Source: Longimicrobiales bacterium
GTDB lineage: Bacteria > Gemmatimonadota > Gemmatimonadetes > Longimicrobiales > Gaopeijiaceae
Assembly (NCBI GenBank): GCA_965202985.1
Contig: CBDBCF010000001.1
Span: forward strand, 2,304,001-2,368,000
Reading direction: 5' to 3'
Length of the DNA: 64,000 nt
Shown here piece after piece: positions 64,000-64,000 of this stretch; within the stretch, counting starts at the first letter, position 1, and every line of letters starts with the position of its first letter. The position numbers were made by a program, and so were the translations under genes. The notes below the pieces were generated by a model. It did not search any database and was not told the origin of the DNA. It saw nothing but the letters and a program-made list of their open reading frames with translations.

Positions 64000-64000
64000 G

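Overview
High-GC bacterial DNA; gene content and style are compatible with a Gemmatimonadota-like organism (inference only). 1-20.8 kb is mostly housekeeping: AsnB, DUF72, an APC permease fused to PTS-IIA and TrkA-C, a lipoprotein hydrolase, a DUF5916 outer-membrane protein, a DeaD-like helicase with degenerate catalytic motifs, DsbA/FrnE, aminotransferase, O-methyltransferase, fructosamine kinase, LMW-PTP, an RhlE-like helicase and IlvA. About 20.9-55.2 kb is a nested anti-phage defence island with no recognisable integrase or tRNA. Its backbone is a DISARM-related four-gene set (SNF2 helicase, large N6-adenine MTase, YprA/DUF1998 helicase-nuclease, RelE-like-UvrD helicase). Between and before those genes lie a wHTH-AAA ATPase, an ABC-ATPase+TOPRIM pair, Rpn, Fic, a SIR2-HerA-KTSC operon, an IS21 remnant, a Hachiman-like pair and two translationally coupled ABC ATPases. 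The most striking unexplained signal is a 57-bp fixed-spacing motif (RGACAK-N10-RAAMCGGGACA-N7-GGACATT-N10-RAAATC). I found four copies by eye, all in the same orientation and all at intergenic module boundaries of the island. 55.2-64 kb encodes an S9 peptidase, an AAA/PD-(D/E)XK protein and a non-canonical FHA-PBP + FtsW/RodA-like pair. All family calls come from motif recognition by eye; no searches were run.
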